17,291 nucleotides of DNA from Candidatus Methylomirabilota bacterium (GCA_046726415.1 JBKPAK010000053.1:1-17291); one strand, 5' to 3'. Counted from the stretch's first letter, positions 7,803 through 15,540 are shown. Notes: generated by a model from the letters alone, not told the origin. Made by a program: numbers and translations.

Positions 7803-8225
7803 ATGCGACGTAAAGCGCCGCTTCCGGCGGAGATCGAACAGCGGCTGGCCACGCTCGGCGCGGTCCTCGAGGCACAGCCGGCGGTCCGGTTCGCCTATGT
7901 GTTCGGGGGGGCGGGACGCGGGACGCTCCGCCCGCTGAGCGACGTCGACGTGGCGGTGTACCTCGACGATGCGGTGGATCCGGTGCAGACGCGGCTCGAC
8001 CTCATCGGCGTGGTGACGAAGCACCTCGGCACCGACGAGATCGATCTCGTCGTCCTGAATCGGGCGGCGACCGCCCTGCTCGGACGTATCTTGCAATCCC
8101 GACGGATCATCGCCGAGAAGGACCCCTTCCTGCGGCACCGCTTCGAGTCGCTCGCGCTCCGGCAATTCCTGGACTTCCGCGTCTTCGAGCAGCGCTTCCT
8201 GGACCGCCGTTTCGCCCGTGGTTGA
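7803..8225 (+). CDS. mntA: Minimal nucleotidyltransferase antitoxin (MNT, type VII TA), 140 aa
   Basis: YVFGGAGRGTLRPLSDVDVAV fits G[GS]x10DxD, followed by EIDLVVLN. Overlaps the HEPN gene by 8 nt. Confidence 0.88.
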   Translation: MRRKAPLPAEIEQRLATLGAVLEAQPAVRFAYVFGGAGRGTLRPLSDVDVAVYLDDAVDPVQTRLDLIGVVTKHLGTDEIDLVVLNRAATALLGRILQSRRIIAEKDPFLRHRFESLALRQFLDFRVFEQRFLDRRFARG

Positions 8226-8631
8226 CCGCGACCTGCTTCGCCGGAAACTGGCGGAGCTGGCGGAATACGTCAACCAGGTCTCCGAGTACCGTGGCCTCAC
8301 GGTCGAGCACTACCGCGCGGAGTGGAAGACCCAGCGCATCGTCGAGCGCACTCTGCAGATGGCGATCGAGGTGTGTCTCGACATGGCGAGCCACATGGTG
8401 GCCGACCGGGGACTGCGCGCACCGACGACGTACGCGGAAACATTCGAGATTCTCGTTCAAGCCAGCCTCATGTCGCCGGGCCTCGGCCGGGCGATGGTCG
8501 CGATGACCGGATTCCGGAACGTCGTCGTCCACGAGTACGCGCGCATCGACGCAGATACGGTGATCAGGATTCTTCGGGAGCATCTGGAGGATTTTCACCG
8601 GTTCGAGACCGAAGCGCTGCGCTGGTTGTAG
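8218..8631 (+). CDS. hepT: HEPN-domain RNase toxin (DUF86/HepT), 137 aa
   Basis: VERTLQMAIE and GFRNVVVHEY, which carries the RX4HXY motif. Directly downstream of MNT. Confidence 0.92.
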   Translation: MVDRDLLRRKLAELAEYVNQVSEYRGLTVEHYRAEWKTQRIVERTLQMAIEVCLDMASHMVADRGLRAPTTYAETFEILVQASLMSPGLGRAMVAMTGFRNVVVHEYARIDADTVIRILREHLEDFHRFETEALRWL

Positions 8632-8686
8632 AGGCTGATCCGGCGCGAGCGGCCGGCCGGGCCACCCGATCGTCCACGACAAACAG

Positions 8687-9880
8687 TCAGATCGCTCCGT
8701 CCTCCGCGAGGGCGCCTATCGCGGCGTCGCTGTAGCCCAACTCCTTCAGGATCTCCTGGCGGTGCTGGCCGAGCAGCGGCGACGGGCCGATCGTCGTCGG
8801 AGAGGCCGAGAGCTTGATCGGATTGCCGACGGTCACGTAGCGACCCCGCACCGGATGCTCGACCTCGACGATCATGTCGCGCGCGTGGAGGTGGGGGTCG
8901 GTGAGGATCTCGCCGGTATCGAGGCAGGCTCCACAGGGCACGCCGGCGCCGGCCAGGATCTTCATGACCTCGTGCTTCGAGCGTTTCGACGTCCAGCCCT
9001 CCATGAGCGCGTCGACCTCGTCCTTGCGCTGCCCGCGCGCCTCCGCGGTCTCGTAGCGCGGGTCGCCGATGAGGTCGCCGCGCCCGATGGCGCGTAGCAG
9101 CGGGTGCCACATCTGTTGCTGGGCGTAGATGAAGACGTAGTCGTTGGGGCCGCCGGGATGACAGCGGTACGTCGTTCCCGGCACTCCGCCCACGAGCTGG
9201 TTCCCCGTGCGTTCCCTCGCTTTGCCGAAGCGCTGGTGGTCCCGGATGCTCACGCGAACGAGATTCAGCACGGCGTCCTGCATCGACACCTCGATCTGCT
9301 GGCCTTCCCCGGTGGTCTGGCGCTGCATGAGCGCGGCCAGGATGCCGATTGCGCAATGCATCCCTGTCCCGGAGTCGCCAATCGATGGCCAGTGATACGT
9401 CGGCGGCCGGTCGGGGAAGCCGGTGACGCTCATGGCGCCGCCCATGGCCTGCGCGATGGGCTCGTAGCTCTTGTAGTCGCGGTACGGCCCGTACGAGCCG
9501 AAGCCCTTGATGCTCGCGTAGACCAGCCGCGGATTGAGCTGGTGGACTTCGGGATAGCCGAAGCCCAGGCGCTCGATGACGCCCGGGCCGAAATTCTCCA
9601 GGAGGACATCGGCCGTCTTCAGCAAGGCGCCAAAGACCTCCTTGCCGCGCGGGTTCTTCAGATTGACGGTCAGGCTCCGCTTGTTGCCGTTGAAGGAGAG
9701 GAAGAAGAGGCTATCGGCGTCGGGGCGATCCTTCATGGAGCTCCGCGCGGGGTCCCCCTTCTCGGGCTCCTCCACCTTGATCACGTCCGCGCCCAGCCAG
9801 GCCAGCATCTGGCCACACGACGGACCCGCCTGGTTGTTCGTGAGATCGACGACCCGGATGCCGGCCAGCGCTCCACTCAT
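8687..9880 (-). CDS. Class III CoA-transferase (CaiB/BaiF family, formyl-CoA transferase-like), 397 aa
   Basis: Motifs QAGPSCGQMLAWLGADVIKVE, NGNKRSLT, ENFGPG, IGDSGTGMH (catalytic Asp in a Frc-like context) and SPLLGQH. SD GGAGG upstream. Confidence 0.92.
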   Translation of the reverse strand: MSGALAGIRVVDLTNNQAGPSCGQMLAWLGADVIKVEEPEKGDPARSSMKDRPDADSLFFLSFNGNKRSLTVNLKNPRGKEVFGALLKTADVLLENFGPGVIERLGFGYPEVHQLNPRLVYASIKGFGSYGPYRDYKSYEPIAQAMGGAMSVTGFPDRPPTYHWPSIGDSGTGMHCAIGILAALMQRQTTGEGQQIEVSMQDAVLNLVRVSIRDHQRFGKARERTGNQLVGGVPGTTYRCHPGGPNDYVFIYAQQQMWHPLLRAIGRGDLIGDPRYETAEARGQRKDEVDALMEGWTSKRSKHEVMKILAGAGVPCGACLDTGEILTDPHLHARDMIVEVEHPVRGRYVTVGNPIKLSASPTTIGPSPLLGQHRQEILKELGYSDAAIGALAEDGAI

Positions 9881-9904
9881 CGGTCAGGACCTCCTTTCCC
9901 GCTC

Positions 9905-9960
9905 GATTCTACGTCGTGACAGATCAAATCCCGACTCGAGGCCTCGCCGGCGCTAGAATC
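9905..9960. promoter_or_regulatory. Divergent promoter region with mirror-image TAGAAT -10 boxes
   Basis: GATTCTA at 9905-9911 (TAGAATC on the minus strand) and TAGAATC at 9954-9960 on the plus strand, each facing one of the divergent genes. Confidence 0.5.
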
Positions 9961-9988
9961 AGGGCACATGCGAGAGGGAGGTCGCCCA

Positions 9989-10870
9989 ATGCCCGTCATC
10001 ACCCGCCAGATCGGCCCGTGCTTCGCCGCCGAGGTGGAAGGCGTCGATATGACCAGGCCCTTGTCCCCCGATGACGTGGCGGCGATCCATGCCGGCATGG
10101 ACCAGTACGCGGTGTTGGTGTTCCACGACCAGAAGATCGACGACGAGCAGCAGCTCGCCTTCACGCGCAGCCTGGGGGAGCTCGAGCACGCCATCGGCAC
10201 GAGCCTGCGCGCGCCGGATGACTACCGCCTGCCCACCACGTTCGCCGACGTGTCCAATCTCGACAAGCACAACAAGACGTTCGCCCGGGACGACCGGCGG
10301 CGGCTGTTCGCCATCGGCAACCGGCTCTGGCACTCCGACAGCTCCTTCAAGGTGGTCCCCGCGAAGTACTCGCTGCTGCACGCGCGGAGCATTCCGTCAA
10401 AGGGCGGCAACACCGAGTTCGCCTCCATGGTCGCCGCCTACGATGCGCTCGACGCCGAGACCAAGGCGGAGGTCGAGGAGCTGATTTGCGAGCACTCGCA
10501 GATCTTCTCGCGCCAGCAGCTCGGCTTCACCGACTTCACCGACGACGAGCGCGAGCGCTTCAAGCCGGTGCGCCAGCGCTTGGTCCGCACTCACCCGGTG
10601 ACGAAGCGGAAGTCGCTCTACCTGTCCTCGCACGCGGGCTCCATTCTTGGCTGGCCGGTGCCGGAGGCGCGGGCCTTTCTGCGCGACCTGGTCGAGCACG
10701 CCACCCAGCGGCAGTTCGTCTATGCCCACCGGTGGCGGGTCGGCGACCTCGTGATGTGGGACAACCGCCAGACCATGCACCGCGCCCGTCCCTTTCCGGC
10801 CCACGAGCCGCGCGATATGCGTCGCACCACGCTCGTCGGCGACGGACCGACCGCGGCTCAGGCCGCCTGA
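9989..10870 (+). CDS. TauD/TfdA family Fe(II)/2-oxoglutarate dioxygenase (TfdA-like), 293 aa
   Basis: SD GGAGG at 9977-9981 favours ATG 9989. Motifs GNRLWHSDSSFK (HxD), GGNTEFA and WDNRQTMHRA (distal His). Confidence 0.92.
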   Translation: MPVITRQIGPCFAAEVEGVDMTRPLSPDDVAAIHAGMDQYAVLVFHDQKIDDEQQLAFTRSLGELEHAIGTSLRAPDDYRLPTTFADVSNLDKHNKTFARDDRRRLFAIGNRLWHSDSSFKVVPAKYSLLHARSIPSKGGNTEFASMVAAYDALDAETKAEVEELICEHSQIFSRQQLGFTDFTDDERERFKPVRQRLVRTHPVTKRKSLYLSSHAGSILGWPVPEARAFLRDLVEHATQRQFVYAHRWRVGDLVMWDNRQTMHRARPFPAHEPRDMRRTTLVGDGPTAAQAA

Positions 10871-10886
10871 GGTCGCGAAGGCGACC
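10871..10886 (+). terminator. Short hairpin right after the dioxygenase stop
   Basis: GGTCGC-GAAG-GCGACC, with no U-tract. Confidence 0.3.
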
Positions 10887-11060
10887 AGCCCGACCCACCC
10901 ATTTCCGGCACGCGGTCGCGTTTACTGCCGCGCGAGCAGGTTGGCCAGGATGTCTCGGACCGTCGAGGGTCGGGAACTGAGGTCTCCTGCGGAGGTCGGT
11001 GGCGTTTCCCAGGCCCGGCTCGGGAGGTCGCCCATCAGCAGGTCGGCGCCCGCGACCGTC

Positions 11061-11094
11061 TATAATCGCCGAAGAGGCCAAGGAGAGGAGGTGA
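11061..11094 (+). promoter_or_regulatory. -10 box and strong SD for the micro-ORF/ABC-F unit
   Basis: TATAAT at 11061-11066 and AGGAGGTGA at 11086-11094. Confidence 0.7.
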
Positions 11095-11098
11095 GCCC

Positions 11099-11161
11099 AT
11101 GGCGAAAGGCAAGAGCATGCAGAAGGAGAAGAAGAAGCCGAAGCAAAAGAAGACGAAGTAG
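11099..11161 (+). CDS. 20-aa lysine-rich small protein or leader peptide MAKGKSMQKEKKKPKQKKTK
   Basis: ATG at 11099 with a near-perfect SD and an upstream TATAAT. Ten of 20 residues are Lys. TAG at 11159-11161 is 6 nt before the ABC-F ATG. Below the ORF-track size cutoff. Confidence 0.75.
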   Translation: MAKGKSMQKEKKKPKQKKTK

Positions 11162-11167
11162 CGTCGG

Positions 11168-12964
11168 ATGACTCGCTCGCTCCTGCTCAGCTGTGAAGCG
11201 ATCAGCGTGGCCTATGGGACCCGGTCGCTCTTCGACGATCTGTCGTTTGGGTTGTTCGAGGGCGACCAGGCCGGTCTGGTCGGCCCCAATGGCTCCGGCA
11301 AGTCCACCCTTCTGAAGATACTCGCCGGCGACATGACACCTGACCGCGGCACCCGCTCGCTCCGCGGCGGCGTCCGTGTCGGCTACGTGCCGCAGGACCC
11401 CGTCTTCACAGCCGGTCGCACGGTCAGCGACGTCGTGCTCACGGCGTTGGTCGAGGTGGGCGAGGAGGACAGACCCGGCCGCCTCGCGCACGCTCTCGGC
11501 CGCGCCGGGTTCACGGATGGGCGCGCGGAGGTCGACACGCTGTCGGGGGGCTGGAGGAAACGGCTCGCCATTGCGCGCGAGCTGGCGGCCGAGCCCGACG
11601 TTCTCCTGATGGACGAGCCCACCAATCACCTCGACGTGGAGGGCATTCTCTGGCTGGAAGGCGTGCTGTCAGAGCGGGCGCGCGCATTCCTCGTGGTCAG
11701 CCACGACCGCTACTTCCTGGAGCACGTGGCCACACGGATGCTCGAGCTGAACGGGGCCTATCCGGATGGCCTGTTCGAGAGCGAGGGTCGATACAGCGAG
11801 TTCCTCGCGCGCCGCGACGAGTTTCTGCGCGGGCAGGCGGCCTATCAGGAAACGCTGGCCAACACCGTGCGGCGCGAGATCGAGTGGCTCCGCCGCGGCG
11901 CCAAGGCGCGTTCCACCAAAGCGAAGGGGCGCATCAAGGAGGCGGGACGGCTCATCGAGGAGCTTGAGAAGAGCCGGGCGCGCGGCGCCACGGCCACGGC
12001 GGGGATCGACTTGGCGTCCACGCAGCGCCGGACGCGCCGGCTCCTGGTGGCGCGCGGCCTGACGAAGTCGCTGGGCGGCCGGCGGCTCGTCAGCCACCTC
12101 GATCTCGTTATCACGCCCGGCAGGCGCGTGGGCCTGATCGGCCCGAACGGCAGCGGCAAGACGACGCTCTTGAACCTGCTCGCCGGCACGCTGCCGCCCG
12201 ATGCCGGTGAGATCGAGCGGCCGGACGACCTGCGCATCGTTCGCTTCGAGCAAGAGCGCGGCGGCCTGGATCCCACCCAGAGCCTGCGCCGCGCGCTGGC
12301 CCCCGAGGGCGACGCCGTCACCTGGCAGGGCCGCAGTGTCCACGTCGCCTCGTGGGCCAAGCGTTTCCTGTTCCGACCGGAGCAGCTCGAGGTGCCGGTG
12401 GGCCGCCTGTCGGGTGGCGAGCAGGCCCGCATCCTCATCGCGCGCCTGATGCGCGATCCCGCCGACCTCCTTATCCTCGACGAGCCCACCAACGACCTCG
12501 ACATCCCCACCCTCGAGGTGCTTGAAGACAGCCTCGCCGAGTTCGATGGCGGGCTCGTCCTGGTCACCCACGACCGCTTCATGCTCGAGCGCGTGTCCAC
12601 CCTGATTCTCGCCCTCGACGGCGCGGGCGGGACGGCCACCTTCGCCGACTACGCGCAGTGGGAAGCAGCCCGGCGTGCGGTCGAGCCGGCGCTGCGTCAG
12701 ACGGCGGAACGCGCGTTCGACCGCGAACGGCCGCGGGCGAAGCGCCTCGCCTATCTCGAGCAGCGTGAGTGGGACGGTATCGAGCAGGCGATCCTGGCCG
12801 CTGAGGGCGCGGTCGAGGCGTGCCAGCGTGGGGTGGAAGACCCGGCGATCGCCTCCGACCCGAGCGCACTCCAGCTGCGGTATGCGGCGCTCGAGGCCGC
12901 ACGCGCGGAAGTGGACCGGCTCTACGAGCGCTGGGCTGAGCTGGGGGCCAAGCAGGACGCCTGA
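11168..12964 (+). CDS. uup: ABC-F family ATPase, Uup-like, 598 aa
   Basis: Two NBDs (GPNGSGKST/LSGG/DEPTNHLD and GPNGSGKTT/LSGGE/DEPTNDLD) and no TM segments. Linker EIEWLRRGAKARSTKAKGRI. C-terminal coiled coil ending LYERWAEL. Confidence 0.9.
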   Translation: MTRSLLLSCEAISVAYGTRSLFDDLSFGLFEGDQAGLVGPNGSGKSTLLKILAGDMTPDRGTRSLRGGVRVGYVPQDPVFTAGRTVSDVVLTALVEVGEEDRPGRLAHALGRAGFTDGRAEVDTLSGGWRKRLAIARELAAEPDVLLMDEPTNHLDVEGILWLEGVLSERARAFLVVSHDRYFLEHVATRMLELNGAYPDGLFESEGRYSEFLARRDEFLRGQAAYQETLANTVRREIEWLRRGAKARSTKAKGRIKEAGRLIEELEKSRARGATATAGIDLASTQRRTRRLLVARGLTKSLGGRRLVSHLDLVITPGRRVGLIGPNGSGKTTLLNLLAGTLPPDAGEIERPDDLRIVRFEQERGGLDPTQSLRRALAPEGDAVTWQGRSVHVASWAKRFLFRPEQLEVPVGRLSGGEQARILIARLMRDPADLLILDEPTNDLDIPTLEVLEDSLAEFDGGLVLVTHDRFMLERVSTLILALDGAGGTATFADYAQWEAARRAVEPALRQTAERAFDRERPRAKRLAYLEQREWDGIEQAILAAEGAVEACQRGVEDPAIASDPSALQLRYAALEAARAEVDRLYERWAELGAKQDA

Positions 12965-12986
12965 CCCCCAGCTCCGCCGGACGGAC

Positions 12987-14717
12987 TTATTTTCCTTCCA
13001 GGCCGGCCAGCGGCGCGTAGTCGAACGTCGAGCCGTGGCCTCCCGCGAACTTGAGCGGCGAGATGCCGGCCTTCTTCACGCCGGCGACGAGCGCGGCCGT
13101 GTTCGGGACGAGGCTGAGGCTGGCGGGTAGCGGAGCGGCACCGGGGCTCCAGATGTCGGTGACGTAGCCGAGGCGCGCTTCGGGGATGTAGCCGATCAGC
13201 ATGCTGGCGGCGTGAGGATTCTCGATGACATAGGCCTCGACCTGCCGCGAGCCGTCCGAGAACACGCGCTTGTCCACCACCTCGATGATTTCCGTCCGAC
13301 TGAGATCGCGCCCGGTGAGGTCGGGGTTGCGGGTGTACGGGGCGGCGAGGACGCGGCGGAAATGCTCACTGGCACCCCGGCCGACGACGAGCGTGGCGCC
13401 CTCGGCGACGTAGGCGCGCAGCCCGCCGGCGTGATCCATGTGGTGATGGGTGAGCACGAGGTACTTCACGGGCTTGCCGGGGTACTTCGCGCGAGCGGCG
13501 TTGAGCACCCAGTTCGACTGCGCGTCGCTCACCGGGGCGTCGAACACGATCAGGTGGTCGCGCATCTCGACGACCAGGCTGTGATGGGTGCCGCCGACCG
13601 CATGCTGAACCCCCGGCGCCAGCTCGTTGAACCGCAGTCCCGTCGACGCCCGCGTGTCGTAGCTGGGAGAGTCGGAGTCCATGTAGGTACCGATGAACTG
13701 CCGGCGGATGACCCACTGGTACGGCAGGGCGCCGGTCGCGGGCTTCGGCGCCCCGGTGATGTACGCCGTGGGAATCCCGAACCGCTCGGCGGGGACGGAT
13801 GCGTTGAACTTCACCTCGGTGAGCTTGATCTCGGCGACCACGCGGCCGTTCAGCTCGTACTTCCGCGTGGTGGCGACCTTCACGCCGTCGAAGGTCTGCC
13901 AGTCTGAGAGCACGAGATCGTAGGTCACGTCGCCCCAGATATTGTCATAGTCGAACGAGCGGATGCGCGCCGGCAGGCCAGTGGTGGCATCGAACATGAC
14001 CCAGAGGCTTTCGTAGAGCGGCACCGTCGCCGGCAGAGGCGGGCACGCGCTGCTGAAGTTTGTCCCCGGCGCGGGCAGATAGACCCCTTGGCACCATTGC
14101 GCGACCCCACTTCCGGGTGCCCCGGGTGTCCTCGGGATTGGGGCGTCACCCACGCGGTACTCGACGGTGGGATAGGCGACCCCGCCTACCGTCACGTTGG
14201 GAACGTTGTAGTCGTGCGCGGGGTTCCGGTACATATCGAGCAGCAGCAGGGCGGAGTTGCGTCGCAGCTCGCGCTGGCTGACGGCGAGGCGCAGCCCCGA
14301 CATGTTGTGGGCCGGTGGGTTCGAATCGAGACTCTGCTTGGTGCGCCCGTTGCTGTCGATGCCGGCCACATAGCCGACCTCCGAGGTGACGATCTCGGTG
14401 AAGGTGAACGTGCGAGCAGTCGGGTACGCGAACTTGCGCACCCAGTCGACGCGCGTGAACCCGCTGCTGGCGTCGGTGACCGAGTCGAATGTCGCCTCGT
14501 TGGCGAAGCGCATCTCCCCGCCGGGAGCCATCGACTGCTCGGGCTCCCATTGCTTCACCGTGCCCTTCATCGAGACGGTCTTCACACCGCGCAGTGTGTC
14601 GAGACCCCCGAGCGCATGGACGGCGCGGACTACGGGGTCCTGACTCTCTTGCGGCATCGTGGTACTCGACACCGCGACCAGGGAAACAATGGCGAGCAGG
14701 AACACAAGCCGCTTCAT
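12987..14717 (-). CDS. Secreted MBL-fold metallo-hydrolase with a large N-terminal domain, 576 aa
   Basis: SD GGAGGAGG, signal peptide MKRLVFLLAIVSLVAVS. THHHMDH (HxHxDH) plus ENPH, VTD and GGHG give a full metal-ligand set. The ORF-track start at 14963 is an over-extension. Confidence 0.88.
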   Translation of the reverse strand: MKRLVFLLAIVSLVAVSSTTMPQESQDPVVRAVHALGGLDTLRGVKTVSMKGTVKQWEPEQSMAPGGEMRFANEATFDSVTDASSGFTRVDWVRKFAYPTARTFTFTEIVTSEVGYVAGIDSNGRTKQSLDSNPPAHNMSGLRLAVSQRELRRNSALLLLDMYRNPAHDYNVPNVTVGGVAYPTVEYRVGDAPIPRTPGAPGSGVAQWCQGVYLPAPGTNFSSACPPLPATVPLYESLWVMFDATTGLPARIRSFDYDNIWGDVTYDLVLSDWQTFDGVKVATTRKYELNGRVVAEIKLTEVKFNASVPAERFGIPTAYITGAPKPATGALPYQWVIRRQFIGTYMDSDSPSYDTRASTGLRFNELAPGVQHAVGGTHHSLVVEMRDHLIVFDAPVSDAQSNWVLNAARAKYPGKPVKYLVLTHHHMDHAGGLRAYVAEGATLVVGRGASEHFRRVLAAPYTRNPDLTGRDLSRTEIIEVVDKRVFSDGSRQVEAYVIENPHAASMLIGYIPEARLGYVTDIWSPGAAPLPASLSLVPNTAALVAGVKKAGISPLKFAGGHGSTFDYAPLAGLEGK

Positions 14718-14750
14718 AGCGCCTCCTCCAGCCGAGGATCGAACCGCCGC

Positions 14751-14780
14751 ACGGTACTGACACGGCGCCCCGCATGTCAA
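14751..14780 (-). promoter_or_regulatory. Promoter of the MBL gene with an overlapping TGACA-N12-TGTCA palindrome
   Basis: Minus strand TTGACA (14780-14775), 18 bp spacer, TACCGT (14756-14751). Inverted repeat TGACA 14758-14762 and TGTCA 14775-14779. Confidence 0.55.
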
Positions 14781-14875
14781 GTCCGCCCAACGACCGGGCC
14801 TGGACAGATGTTCCCGCGGTAGAGCGCCCGGTGGGAGAATCCTGCCGGCGGCACGACCGACCAGGACATGCCTGT

Positions 14876-15253
14876 CTACGTGCTCACGAGGTTCAAGCCG
14901 GGGATGTCGCGATAGTCCGGGCCGTTCAGCGTCCACAGACCCGCGCCGTTCGCCAGGGCGCACGCGGCCACTCCGAGGTCGAATTCCCGGTGGCGCGCCC
15001 GCGGCAGCGCGCGATACAGGTCGGAGGCCAACGCCGCTTCCCGAGGACCGAACGGCACCGCGTGCTCAGCCGGGAGGAGCGCCTCCTGGTGAGCGAGCTC
15101 GGATGCGCGGCGCGGTCCGCGCAACCATTCATACAGGACAAACGCCGAGATGGAGATTCGCTCGCCACGATCCAGGATGTCGCGGAGGGCGGGCGCCGAG
15201 CGCCTCGGCCCCGTCAGCGCGTCGACCAGTGCCGAGGTGTCGAGGTGGATCAA
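14876..15253 (-). CDS. vapC: Type II toxin VapC (PIN domain), 125 aa
   Basis: MIHLDTSALVD...VLYEWLRG...REFDLGVAACA...WTLNGPDY. The TTG start overlaps the antitoxin stop by 4 nt. Confidence 0.9.
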   Translation of the reverse strand: MIHLDTSALVDALTGPRRSAPALRDILDRGERISISAFVLYEWLRGPRRASELAHQEALLPAEHAVPFGPREAALASDLYRALPRARHREFDLGVAACALANGAGLWTLNGPDYRDIPGLNLVST

Positions 15254-15540
15254 GGACGCCGCCGGCTTTCCCGACGCCGACCCCAGCGGCGCCGGGACGC
15301 TCGGATCTTTTCGAGCTCTGCGTCCACTTCGGCGCCCGATCGGGTGGGCGGCTCCTGGACCATGCGATCCACGAGCGCCAGCATCCGCGCGCGCTCCTCG
15401 TCGCTCAGCTTGGTGGACCGAGCCTCGTACTCCTTGATGGCTTCGCGGACCACGTAGCTCTGCGGCTTTGCCAGGCGAGATGCCGTCCTGCGCAGGCGCT
15501 CGACGGTCTGGTCATCGAGGGTGAACGTGACCTTTACCAT
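15250..15540 (-). CDS. vapB: Antitoxin, ribbon-helix-helix CopG family (VapB), 96 aa
   Basis: MVKVTFTLDDQTVERLRRTASRLAKPQSYVVREAI fits an RHH pattern. Upstream of and coupled to the PIN gene. Confidence 0.85.
   Translation of the reverse strand: MVKVTFTLDDQTVERLRRTASRLAKPQSYVVREAIKEYEARSTKLSDEERARMLALVDRMVQEPPTRSGAEVDAELEKIRASRRRWGRRRESRRRP

Noticed and set aside
7030-8686. Insertion sequence, integron cassette array or prophage carrying the TA modules
   Set aside because: No transposase, integrase, terminal inverted repeats, target duplication or convincing attC structure could be seen.
10922-11035. 37-aa minus-strand ORF MGDLPSRAWETPPTSAGDLSSRPSTVRDILANLLARQ
   Set aside because: No SD, promoter or recognisable motif. 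It cannot be distinguished from a chance ORF without a homology search.
12987-14717. Calling the MBL-fold protein a beta-lactamase, or the ABC-F an antibiotic-resistance factor
   Set aside because: HxHxDH is shared by the whole MBL superfamily and the protein is far larger than class B beta-lactamases. The ABC-F linker and C-terminus look Uup-like rather than ARE-type.
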